19,824 nucleotides of DNA from positions 1-19,824 of the forward strand of contig JBBQRQ010000094.1 in the NCBI GenBank assembly GCA_038214755.1. Reading direction: 5' to 3'. Below the pieces are notes generated by a model. That model was not told where the DNA came from. It did no database searches and saw only the letters and a program-made list of their open reading frames with translations. This document shows positions 7,974 to 16,161 of the stretch, one piece after another (positions within the stretch are counted from its first letter, which is position 1; each line of letters opens with the position of its first letter). The translations under genes were made by a program, and so were the position numbers. The stretch comes from Verrucomicrobiota bacterium. GTDB lineage: Bacteria; Verrucomicrobiota; Verrucomicrobiia; Limisphaerales; CANJXF01.

Positions 7974-10900
7974 ATGAAAAAGATTTTTGTCTCGGGCAGT
8001 GTGAGTTTTTTCTTTGTCGCTCTTTCGCTGCGCGCGGCTGAGTTCAAATTTGGAAATCAAATCCTGAAAGTCCCCGACGGCTACGAAATCGAACTCGTCT
8101 CCAACACCAACCTCGTTCTTCGCCCCGTCTCCATGGATTTCGATCAGCAAGGCCGCCTTTATGTCACCGACTCGTCCGGCTCCAGCGACAAAGGGCCGAC
8201 GCAATACGAAAAAAAAGATCATCGCGTCATGCGCCTCGAGGACACCGATGGCGACGGCAAGTTCGACAAAAGCATCGTGTTCGCCGACAAGATGATGTTT
8301 CCCGAAGGCTGCTTGTGGTACGACGGGTCGGTTTACGTTTCCGCCCCGCCCAGCATTTGGAAACTCACCGACACCAACAATGACGGCGTCGCAGACGTTC
8401 GCGTGGAATGGCACGAAGGCAAAACGCTCACCGGCTGCGCGAACGATTTGCACGGTCCGTATCTCGGTCGCGACGGCTGGATTTACTGGTGCAAAGGCGC
8501 GTTTGCCGAGCAAACCTACGAAGTAAATGGCAAGCCGTTCACATCGAAGGCGGCGCATATTTTTCGCGCCCGTCCAGATCACAGCGGACTCGAACCGGTG
8601 CTCACGGGCGGAATGGATAATCCAGTCGGCGTCGCATTCTCTCGCGAAGGTGAACGTTTTCTGGCTGGAACATTTTTTGAACCGGGCGGCGGTCTGCGCG
8701 ACGGAGTGATCCATGCGATTTACGGCGGCGTCTATGGCAAGCCGCATCCCGACGTTCTCGACGGCCACAAGAAAACCGGCGACCTCATGCCGGTGATGCT
8801 ACACCTCGGCGCATCCGCTTCCTGCGAGGTGATTTTTTATGAGTCGAAGATTTTTGGCGAGGAGTTTCAGAACAATCTGCTCGTCTGCAATTTCAACCTC
8901 CACAACATCACGCGCCACATTCTTGAGCCCGACGGCGCGACGTTTAAAACCAAGGACAGTGTTTTTCTCAGTTGCGAAAATGACCCTGATTTTCATCCCA
9001 CCTGCGTGCGCGAGGATGCCGACGGCAGCCTGCTCGTGATCGACACGGGCGGCTGGTATAAAATTTGTTGTCCCACGTCGCAGCTTTACAAACCCGATGT
9101 GCTCGGTGCGATTTATCGCATCCGAAAAATCGGCGCGAAAAAGGTCGAAGACGGGCGAGGTTTGAAAATTGACTGGGCGAAAGCGAAACCAGTAGAGCTA
9201 ACCAAATTTTTGGATGACGAACGACCTTACGTCGTCACTCGCGCCATTCATCAACTCGCAAAATTAAAAAATGAATCCGTTCCCGCACTTCGCGAAGTTT
9301 TAAAAGAGTTCAGTCCGAATCTCGCGGACACTCGCCGCAACGCTGTTTGGACGTTGACGCAAATCGATACCCCAAAAGCGCGCCAAGCGGTTTATGCCGC
9401 CTTTCCCGCAGACGCAAACGCTCACATTGATCCAAATGATTCCGTTGCTGCTGCGGCGTTTCATTCCATTTCACTTTGGCGAGACACAGGGGCCGTATGG
9501 GGGAGCGGCCCAGATCAAGATTATTTTCGGGCCGTCCTGGCAATAACCGGCGCAGGAGCCTCCGAAAACCATGGGATGCGCCGAATCGCTGCTGAACTTT
9601 GGGGCCGGATTGGTCATGTGCAAAAAGATTTTGCGGTTCGTAATTTATTTCAAATAGCCCAATACGAAACCCAATATGATCGTGATCGCGTTCTCGAACA
9701 TTCGATAATTTACGCGCTGATAGAATTGAATGATCCAAAAACTACCGCGGAAGGACTAACCGGTTCTCCACGGTTGCGGAATCTGTTCGATTCGACCAAG
9801 CGCATTTCTCTCATCGCTCTCGATCAAATGGACAACGGCGGATTGAAGCCGGAACAAGTCGCGCCGTTTTTGCTTTCAACCAATGCCGCTTTGAAAGAAA
9901 CCGCCTCGTGGATTCTCAGCCACCATCCGGAATGGGGCGATGCGCTCGCCGGATTTTTCCGTGACGCGCTCGGCAAAAAAGAAATTTCTTCCGCCGAACA
10001 AACTGAATTGCAGAAACAACTCGCGCAGCTTTCGTCCAATACCACGATTCAAGAATTGCTCGCGGGGACTTTGCAAAGCGGTTCAAAAAATTCGCGGCTC
10101 ATTGCGCTGCGAGCGATGGGACAAGCCAATCTGAAAACTGCGCCGGAGCCGTGGGCGTCAGAAATTTCAAAAGTTCTCGCGGGCAAAGAATATATTCCCG
10201 AAGCCATTGCTGCCGCTCGCGCTCTCCCGGCGGCCAAAGAAAAATTTTCCGGGTTGACCGACGCGCTTTTGAAAATCGCGCGGGACAAATCACAATCGGC
10301 TGAGTTGCGTTTGAATGCGATGGCCGCGTTGCCGAACGTCGCCAATTTGGAATTGGATCTTTTTGATTTTCTCCGCGCCAATTTGGATTCGAGCAAAGCG
10401 GTTTCGACGCGGACGTCTGCTTCGTCTGTGTTGACGCGAGCCAGGTTGAGTCGGGAACAACTTTTGGTTTTGACGGATTCGGTCAAAACCGTCGGGCCGA
10501 TGGAAGCGATGAAATTAGTAGACGCTTTTGAGAAGGCGGCGGCCACGAATGAGATCGTGGGAGTGAGATTGCTCAGCGCTTTGAAGGACGCAAAAACTTT
10601 TAACACGTTGCGCGTGGAAAGATTGAGACCGCTCTTTGCCAAATATCCTCCCGTCGTTCAAGCGGAGGCAGAAAAACTTTATGCGACGCTCAACGTCGAT
10701 TCGGCCAAGCAAGCCGCGCGTGTCGATGAACTTTTAGCCGCGCTAAAAGGCGGCGACGTGCGTCGAGGGCAAATTATTTTCAACAGTTCAAAGGCAGCTT
10801 GCTCGTCGTGTCATGCGATTGGTTACGCTGGCGGCAAAGTCGGTCCGGACCTGACGAAAATCGGCACGGCGCGCAACGAGCGCGATTTGCTGGAGGCGAT

Positions 10901-11171
10901 TGTTTTTCCGAGCGCAAGTTTCGTTCGCAGTTACGAACCTCTGATTGTCGCGACGCAGTCCGGCGAAGATTACAGCGGCGTTTTGAAAAAAGACGCGCCG
11001 GATGAAATTATCTTGGTCAGCGGGCCAAACGTTGAAGTAAAAATTCCACGCAACGAGATCAAAGAAATGCGTCCGGGAATGATCTCCGTCATGCCTGCTG
11101 GTTTGGATGAACAATTGAGCAAGGGCGAAATGGCGGATCTGCTGGCGTTTCTAAAAGCGACGCGGTGGTGA
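7974..11171 (+). CDS. PVC-type membrane-bound dehydrogenase-like protein (beta-propeller + HEAT-like repeats + C-terminal CxxCH heme c domain)
   Basis: ATG at 7974 gives signal peptide MKKIFVSGSVSFFFVALSLRA. VPDGYEIELV, PVSMDFDQQGRLYV, LEDTDGDGKFDKS.VFA, GGMDNP, DADGSLLVIDTGGW; helical middle; GDVRRGQIIF, CSSCH (10800-10814), GPDLT, SVMPAGL distal Met. Confidence 0.9.
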   Translation: MKKIFVSGSVSFFFVALSLRAAEFKFGNQILKVPDGYEIELVSNTNLVLRPVSMDFDQQGRLYVTDSSGSSDKGPTQYEKKDHRVMRLEDTDGDGKFDKSIVFADKMMFPEGCLWYDGSVYVSAPPSIWKLTDTNNDGVADVRVEWHEGKTLTGCANDLHGPYLGRDGWIYWCKGAFAEQTYEVNGKPFTSKAAHIFRARPDHSGLEPVLTGGMDNPVGVAFSREGERFLAGTFFEPGGGLRDGVIHAIYGGVYGKPHPDVLDGHKKTGDLMPVMLHLGASASCEVIFYESKIFGEEFQNNLLVCNFNLHNITRHILEPDGATFKTKDSVFLSCENDPDFHPTCVREDADGSLLVIDTGGWYKICCPTSQLYKPDVLGAIYRIRKIGAKKVEDGRGLKIDWAKAKPVELTKFLDDERPYVVTRAIHQLAKLKNESVPALREVLKEFSPNLADTRRNAVWTLTQIDTPKARQAVYAAFPADANAHIDPNDSVAAAAFHSISLWRDTGAVWGSGPDQDYFRAVLAITGAGASENHGMRRIAAELWGRIGHVQKDFAVRNLFQIAQYETQYDRDRVLEHSIIYALIELNDPKTTAEGLTGSPRLRNLFDSTKRISLIALDQMDNGGLKPEQVAPFLLSTNAALKETASWILSHHPEWGDALAGFFRDALGKKEISSAEQTELQKQLAQLSSNTTIQELLAGTLQSGSKNSRLIALRAMGQANLKTAPEPWASEISKVLAGKEYIPEAIAAARALPAAKEKFSGLTDALLKIARDKSQSAELRLNAMAALPNVANLELDLFDFLRANLDSSKAVSTRTSASSVLTRARLSREQLLVLTDSVKTVGPMEAMKLVDAFEKAAATNEIVGVRLLSALKDAKTFNTLRVERLRPLFAKYPPVVQAEAEKLYATLNVDSAKQAARVDELLAALKGGDVRRGQIIFNSSKAACSSCHAIGYAGGKVGPDLTKIGTARNERDLLEAIVFPSASFVRSYEPLIVATQSGEDYSGVLKKDAPDEIILVSGPNVEVKIPRNEIKEMRPGMISVMPAGLDEQLSKGEMADLLAFLKATRW

Positions 11172-11260
11172 TTCCTTATCATCACTCACGTCTCATCGCG
11201 TGTTCCTTCAATCCTGAAAGGCCAGTCCCGTGCCTGCGGGACGAGGAACGAGCTACGCTG

Positions 11261-11430
11261 GGGTGTGGTTTCAAGTTGCGGTCACTATCGGTGCTATTAA
11301 AAGCGGCGGAGGGCCGCCGCACTCCAAGACGCTCGCGCGAATTTCGACGACGCAGGAATGTCGCGATAGCGTCTTGGAGTGCGTCAGTCCTCTGGCGCTC
11401 TTGTTCTGACCGCCAGTTTAAATCACACCC
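11261..11430. mobile_element. 170-bp MITE with 24-bp TIRs and 9-bp target-site duplication
   Basis: TIRs GGGTGTGGTTTCAAGTTGCGGTCA (11261-11284) and TGACCGCCAGTTTAAATCACACCC (11407-11430) match at 20/24. They are flanked exactly by GCTACGCTG at 11252-11260 and 11431-11439. Confidence 0.85.
11302..11399. repeat. REP-like inverted doublet, family A, second copy (inside the MITE)
   Basis: Arms at 11302-11333 and 11368-11399, each 29/32 identical to the arms at 1008-1039 and 1072-1103. Confidence 0.9.
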
Positions 11431-11490
11431 GCTACGCTGGGAGCGTCAGAGAAATGTTTCGTCAACTCTGAAAAGAGTTGAATCGGGAAA

Positions 11491-11523
11491 TTAATCCCAA
11501 AGATACCGTTCATCGATCTCATA
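11491..11523 (-). pseudogene. C-terminal remnant of an IS200-like tnpA transposase
   Basis: Minus strand reads TAT GAG ATC GAT GAA CGG TAT CTT TGG GAT TAA = YEIDERYLWD*, resembling the YEIEYDERYVWD* terminus recalled for one IS200-like TnpA subgroup. Only 10 codons. Confidence 0.6.
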
Positions 11524-11700
11524 GCAGACGTGAGAGGGGATTTGATTCAACACTTTCCGGGTTGATGATTTGTTTGCACGATGACCCAGCGTAGCTCGTT
11601 CCTCGTCCCGCAGGCGCGGGACTGGGCTGATTGATCGCAATCCCGTTGGGATTGAATAGCCGACGACGAATCGTGGGTGATGCTAAGGTGATTCAGTCTC

Positions 11701-11726
11701 GGTAGGGCGAGACTCCGTCGAGTCTC
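11701..11726 (+). repeat. Single GTAG-type REP unit (GGTAGGGCGAGACTCCGTCGAGTCTC)
   Basis: GTAG head followed by GAGACTC-CGTC-GAGTCTC hairpin; lies between convergent genes. Confidence 0.6.
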
Positions 11727-11749
11727 CTTTGCAGGAAACCGTATTCAGT

Positions 11750-12247
11750 TTATTCCAACTCCACAATGCCCGTTCGTTTCCGCTGGCGGCATTCCTCGAT
11801 GGCGGTGCGCAGTTGTTCGCGGATTTCTTGGGCGTTGTTCAAACCCTGTAACTCCAGCGTCGGGGTCGAGGTGTCGTTGGTCACGATCACGATGTTGCCG
11901 ACACCAAACATGCGGTAGAGAAATGGTTCAATCAGCGACGTGTCTTTGGCGCGATACAATTCCAGTTCGTCCGTGCGTTTGGACAGGATGCCGCGAATGA
12001 TTTTGATGCGCTCGCTGGTGATTTCGTAGGAAATAAAATTTAGCAGCGACCATTTGGTCAGAAAAATAAAAACCGGAATCAGCAAGAGCGCAAACAAAGC
12101 GTAGCGCGCGTTGCCTTGCGGAAGATGATCGTGGAAATAAATCAAGCCCACTCCAATCGCGATGAAGATAACCACGCTCAAAACGAGAGAGCCCAGGATC
12201 GTCACTGTTGATGGATTGCCTTTAAAGATGATTCGTTCTTCAGCCAT
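11750..12247 (-). CDS. Membrane protein with bacterial PH domain (bPH_2/YdbS-like)
   Basis: Two TM helices, then YEITSERI.I.RGILSKRTDELELYR.KD.SL..PFLYRMFGVGNI.I.T.D.STP.L.L. Confidence 0.85.
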   Translation of the reverse strand: MAEERIIFKGNPSTVTILGSLVLSVVIFIAIGVGLIYFHDHLPQGNARYALFALLLIPVFIFLTKWSLLNFISYEITSERIKIIRGILSKRTDELELYRAKDTSLIEPFLYRMFGVGNIVIVTNDTSTPTLELQGLNNAQEIREQLRTAIEECRQRKRTGIVELE

Positions 12248-12333
12248 GGTTCAAGTTTTCCTCGATTGAACGCCGCCCGCAATGGGAAAATCGAAGGACG
12301 ATCCAATATATGCACCTCCTGGCATATCCGCCG

Positions 12334-12430
12334 GTAGTGGGGCAGACATCGTGTCTGCCATCGGGGCTTCCAGCCCCAGGATTCGCGGGCAAGATGCCCG
12401 CTCTGACAGGCTGGAAGCCTGCCCCACTAC
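12334..12430. repeat. GTAG-type REP element with four internal mini-hairpins
   Basis: GTAGTGGGGCAG...CTGCCCCACTAC ends. Hairpins GGCAGACA-TCG-TGTCTGCC, GGGGCT-TCC-AGCCCC, GCGGGCA-AGA-TGCCCGC and CAGGCT-GGA-AGCCTG. Confidence 0.85.
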
Positions 12431-12468
12431 ACTTGATTGGATTGGTGGTGTTCTCAAGGGATGCGCTC

Positions 12469-14307
12469 CTATAATATTTTTTCCAGCAGTCCGTAAATGC
12501 CAATGCTCAATGCGGCCAGCGAATCTCCGCCGATCAATCCGCCGCCGATGAGTGACATCGTGCTCATGTCGGCGGGGATTTCGCCTTCCGCCGGGCCTGA
12601 TGCCGGTTTTCGTTTGGTGAAGGTTTCAAAAAGCGAACTGATAATTCCTCCCAACCCAAACCAAATCGTGGTCCACAAATTTACAAATCCACCGAACGCT
12701 GAGGCATACGGACTTGGAATGACGACGGCGTCCAGAACAAAGTCGGTTACTTTTCCCTTGGGCGACGTGGTGGAAAAGTTTTTATAACGCGGCGATGACT
12801 TAACAATTTTTCGGAGCAACTCGATAACAAAACCTGTGCCGATGCCGATCAAGAGGGCAGTTGTGACGTAGGGTTTGGGATTGGTCAGACCGCGCAGCGC
12901 TCCGACAAATTTGTAAGTCATGGCGGATTGCCATTTTTCTGCTCCGGGAGTGTCAGGATGGGCGAAGGTATCCACTTGCAGCACGGGATAGGCGTTCATA
13001 AAAATTTTCGCCAATACGACTGCCATCACCGCGCCCATCGCGATGCCGATGACCTGGTAGCGAAACTGTTTGATTCGATTTGTTCCGAGACGCCAACCGG
13101 TCGAGCGATCTTGCTGCATATCCACTCCCACGGCGCACGAAATCAAAAGAATTGCTGCGCACATCAGACCGACGCCGGGATCTTTTAAACCGAGCAGCGC
13201 CATTAAAAGAACGGCGACAACAAACGCGCTCGAAATGGGATTGCTGTCGGAAATTCCGTTGGAGATTCCATTAATAAGAACGAAAATAAAAGCCAGTGCC
13301 ACACCAAATAAAACAAACATCACTGGTTGATGAAGAATATTTCCTCCCACAAAAACGAGCGCGGCGCCCCAGCAAACAATCCAGAGAAGCAACAAGGAGG
13401 TGTTGGTTTTTTTCCAATCGTCAGCGGCAGGAGCAGGTTGTTTTTTCTCGCCCAAACGTTGGACGGCCTGATAACCAATAAGGCAAAGGTCAATTATTGC
13501 CGCGCCCAAAATAGTTCCGAGCGCCAGGATGAAACCGATCTTGCGGAATGGATCTTTCTCTCCAAGCCAGCCAATGCTGCGCAGCCACGGAGTAAAATGT
13601 TCTCCCAGCAAACCGACGAGCAGTGCGGGAATGGTGATGCGCGCGCCGACGATCATCCCGGCGCCGAGCGTGGAAGCCTGAAAACTGGAGTCGCCAATCC
13701 TGCCGATTATTTTCGGAGGAATGCCCCACGCCTGGAAGGTTTCTAATTTGCCCATCGCCAATCCGCCAACGAATCCGGCGAGTGTCCCGCCGCCGAGTTT
13801 TGCGATGGATGCTTTGAGCAATTTTTTGTCGGTGAGCGCGCGCAGAATATTGGCGACGGCGAAACCGGATGGATAAGTCAGTTGCATTCGATCCACGAGA
13901 ATCGGCGTGTAGAGCATTCCGACGCCCACGCCGAACATTCCGATGCACATGAAAAATAAAATCAGTTGCCAGACCGGCGGCTGCGGCAGACCGAGCCAGA
14001 CCATCGCTTGCACGAGCACAGCCATGCCCGACATGCTCGCGACGGATGCAGCCATCGTTTGCATATAGTTCGCGCCGTGTTTTCCTTCCGCGCCGTAGCC
14101 GTAGGTGACGACGCTGCCCAGAATTCCCGCGAGCACCTGCCCGCCGACAAAAAAGCCGAGGGAAAAATTCATGTAGGCCGCGGAAATTCCACCGAGCGGG
14201 CCCAAAATAAAAATCGCGACCGCACCGAGAAGCAGGTGATAGCCGGGCGATTCGATTCGCGGCAAAAAAGACTTCGGTTTGGTTTGCTGGTCTGCGTTCA
14301 TAGGCAT
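12469..14307 (-). CDS. OPT/YSL family oligopeptide (or metal-chelate) transporter
   Basis: 612-aa polytopic membrane protein with AYMNFSLG, NYMQTMAAS, LTYPSGFAVANILRAL, GISDSNPIS, DMQQDRSTGWRLGT...Q...Q.IG and GGGLIGGDSL motifs. Confidence 0.9.
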   Translation of the reverse strand: MPMNADQQTKPKSFLPRIESPGYHLLLGAVAIFILGPLGGISAAYMNFSLGFFVGGQVLAGILGSVVTYGYGAEGKHGANYMQTMAASVASMSGMAVLVQAMVWLGLPQPPVWQLILFFMCIGMFGVGVGMLYTPILVDRMQLTYPSGFAVANILRALTDKKLLKASIAKLGGGTLAGFVGGLAMGKLETFQAWGIPPKIIGRIGDSSFQASTLGAGMIVGARITIPALLVGLLGEHFTPWLRSIGWLGEKDPFRKIGFILALGTILGAAIIDLCLIGYQAVQRLGEKKQPAPAADDWKKTNTSLLLLWIVCWGAALVFVGGNILHQPVMFVLFGVALAFIFVLINGISNGISDSNPISSAFVVAVLLMALLGLKDPGVGLMCAAILLISCAVGVDMQQDRSTGWRLGTNRIKQFRYQVIGIAMGAVMAVVLAKIFMNAYPVLQVDTFAHPDTPGAEKWQSAMTYKFVGALRGLTNPKPYVTTALLIGIGTGFVIELLRKIVKSSPRYKNFSTTSPKGKVTDFVLDAVVIPSPYASAFGGFVNLWTTIWFGLGGIISSLFETFTKRKPASGPAEGEIPADMSTMSLIGGGLIGGDSLAALSIGIYGLLEKIL

Positions 14308-14368
14308 CGTCAGTTTAATTCAGGAGCGCGTGGTTCTGGTTCGCGTGTTCTAAACCATCATAAAATAA

Positions 14369-16045
14369 ATGCCAGTCACTAATAAAAAAAACGCGCCGAA
14401 GCGTGTCCATCTCCTGCACTCGGGCGAAACCACTGCGCTTCTGTTTATTTTTTTTACGCTCCTGGTGACCGGCTGCGGCAAGCGCGAAACCCGCGTGGCT
14501 TTCGGAGACGCTCATCAGATTCTCTATTTGGCCAATGGCTCCGAGCCGGAGGACCTCGATCCGCAAATTGTTACCGGCGTGACCGAAGACAACATCATCC
14601 GCGCGCTCATCGAAGGATTGGTGGCGGAAGACCCGAAAGATTTGCATCCGGTTCCGGGCGTGGCGGAACGGTGGGAGATTTCGCCGGACGGGAAAATTTA
14701 TACCTTCCATCTACGCGCGAATGCCCGCTGGTCCAACGGCGACCCCGTCACCGCCACGGATTTTGTCCGTTCCTACAAGCGCGCCCTTACCGCCGAACTG
14801 GCGAACGAATACGCCTACATGTTTTTTTACGTCGTCAACGCGGAAAAATTTAACAAAAAGGAAATTACCAATTTCGATGAAGTCGGTTTCAAGGCGGTGG
14901 ACGACCGCACGCTACAAATCACGTTGAATAATTCGACCTCGTATTTTCTTTCGCTGCTCAATCATCACTCGTGGTATCCGGTTCACATTCCGACGGTCGA
15001 AAAATTTGGCGACCCGTTGCAGCGGGGTAATCGCTGGACGCGCCCCGGAAATTACGTCTCCAACGGCCCGTTTGTTTTGTCGGAATGGAAAGTCAACACC
15101 GTGATCGCTGTGAAAAAAAATCCGCTCTACTGGGACGCCGACACGGTCAAACTGCAAAGCATTCGCTTTTATCCGATGGAAAGATTGGACACGGAGGAAC
15201 GGGCATTTCGCTCCGGTCAGGTTCATAAAACCTATAAACTTCCGCTGACGAAGTTTGATTATCACAGGCAGCACAATCCCGATTCTCTAAAACAGGCGCA
15301 GTATCTCGGCACTTATTTTTATTCGTTCAACGTGACGAACGCCGCGTTCCGCGACAAACGCGTACGTCAGGCCCTCGCCATGTCCATCGACCGCGAGGCC
15401 CTTGTGACAACCGTGACGCGTGGCGGCGAAATTGCCGCCTACACCTTCACGCCGCCGGACACCGCAGGTTACACGGCGGAAGCGAAAGTTTCTTATGACA
15501 TCGACCGCGCGAAAAAATTGATGGCGGACGCGGGCTATCCCGATGGAAAAGATTTTCCCAAAACGGAATTGCTCTACAACACGCTCGAGAGTCACAAAAT
15601 CATCGCGGAAGCCTTGCAGCAGATGTGGAAAAAAAATCTCGGCATCGACATCACCTTGCGCAACGAGGAATGGAAAGTGTATCTCGATTCCAAAAAGCGT
15701 GGGAACTTTGATCTTTTTCGCTACGGCTGGATTGCTGATTACGTGGACCCCAATGCGTTTCTTGACATGTGGCTTTCTTACAGCGGAAACAACGCGTCCG
15801 GCTGGAAAAATCCTGAATACGACGCGCTCATCGCCGAAGCCGGGCGCACGCTCGACACGGCGGCGCGTTACAAAGTTTTTCAAAAGGCGGAAGCGCTGCT
15901 GCTGGAGGAGATGCCGGTCATTCCCATTTATTACTACGCAACCGGCTATCTGCTGCGGCCCAGCGTGAAGAATTGGAACCTGACCATTCTCGATCATCAA
16001 GCTTACAAATACGTGTACCTCGATCCGTCCGCGGAAAAAAACTGA
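14369..16045 (+). CDS. oppA: Oligopeptide ABC transporter substrate-binding lipoprotein (SBP family 5)
   Basis: Lipobox LVTGC; EPEDLDP, PGVAERWEISPDGKIYTFHLR..ARWSNGDPVTA.DF..S, SNGPF.L.EW, VRQALAMSIDRE, GWIADYVDP..FL, AE.LLLEEMPVIPIY. Confidence 0.93.
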   Translation: MPVTNKKNAPKRVHLLHSGETTALLFIFFTLLVTGCGKRETRVAFGDAHQILYLANGSEPEDLDPQIVTGVTEDNIIRALIEGLVAEDPKDLHPVPGVAERWEISPDGKIYTFHLRANARWSNGDPVTATDFVRSYKRALTAELANEYAYMFFYVVNAEKFNKKEITNFDEVGFKAVDDRTLQITLNNSTSYFLSLLNHHSWYPVHIPTVEKFGDPLQRGNRWTRPGNYVSNGPFVLSEWKVNTVIAVKKNPLYWDADTVKLQSIRFYPMERLDTEERAFRSGQVHKTYKLPLTKFDYHRQHNPDSLKQAQYLGTYFYSFNVTNAAFRDKRVRQALAMSIDREALVTTVTRGGEIAAYTFTPPDTAGYTAEAKVSYDIDRAKKLMADAGYPDGKDFPKTELLYNTLESHKIIAEALQQMWKKNLGIDITLRNEEWKVYLDSKKRGNFDLFRYGWIADYVDPNAFLDMWLSYSGNNASGWKNPEYDALIAEAGRTLDTAARYKVFQKAEALLLEEMPVIPIYYYATGYLLRPSVKNWNLTILDHQAYKYVYLDPSAEKN

Positions 16046-16161
16046 AATTGTTTAGTGTTTTCTGCTGCCATTGAGGCCGCGCGTCTTAGTTAGCCTGACC
16101 TTCCTACAAGACGCGTTTGCTGAGGAATTTCCCCGATTCGTAATTCGTTTGGCGATGTCGA

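Larger units (their letters stand above)
11209..11654. mobile_element. Internally deleted IS200/IS605 (Y1 TnpA)-type non-autonomous palindromic element
   Basis: Outer arms 11222-11260 and 11587-11625 are reverse complements (38/39). Inner inverted hairpins at 11462-11484 and 11544-11565. Terminal hairpin CAATCCCGTTGGGATTG at 11638-11654, with a truncated mate at 11209-11221. The centre encodes YEIDERYLWD* on the minus strand. Confidence 0.7.

Noticed and set aside
9300..9800. Divergent-looking middle of the heme protein as an intein or foreign insert
   Set aside because: The frame is intact, with no intein terminal motifs; a variable HEAT-like linker explains it. Composition was not computed.
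11209..11726. CRISPR array or tRNA in the repeat-rich gap
   Set aside because: Repeats are inverted and heterogeneous, with no regular direct repeat-spacer period, no cas genes and no tRNA consensus.
16080..16118. 8-bp stem CGCGTCTT/AAGACGCG as a bidirectional terminator
   Set aside because: About 20-nt loop and no good U-tract.
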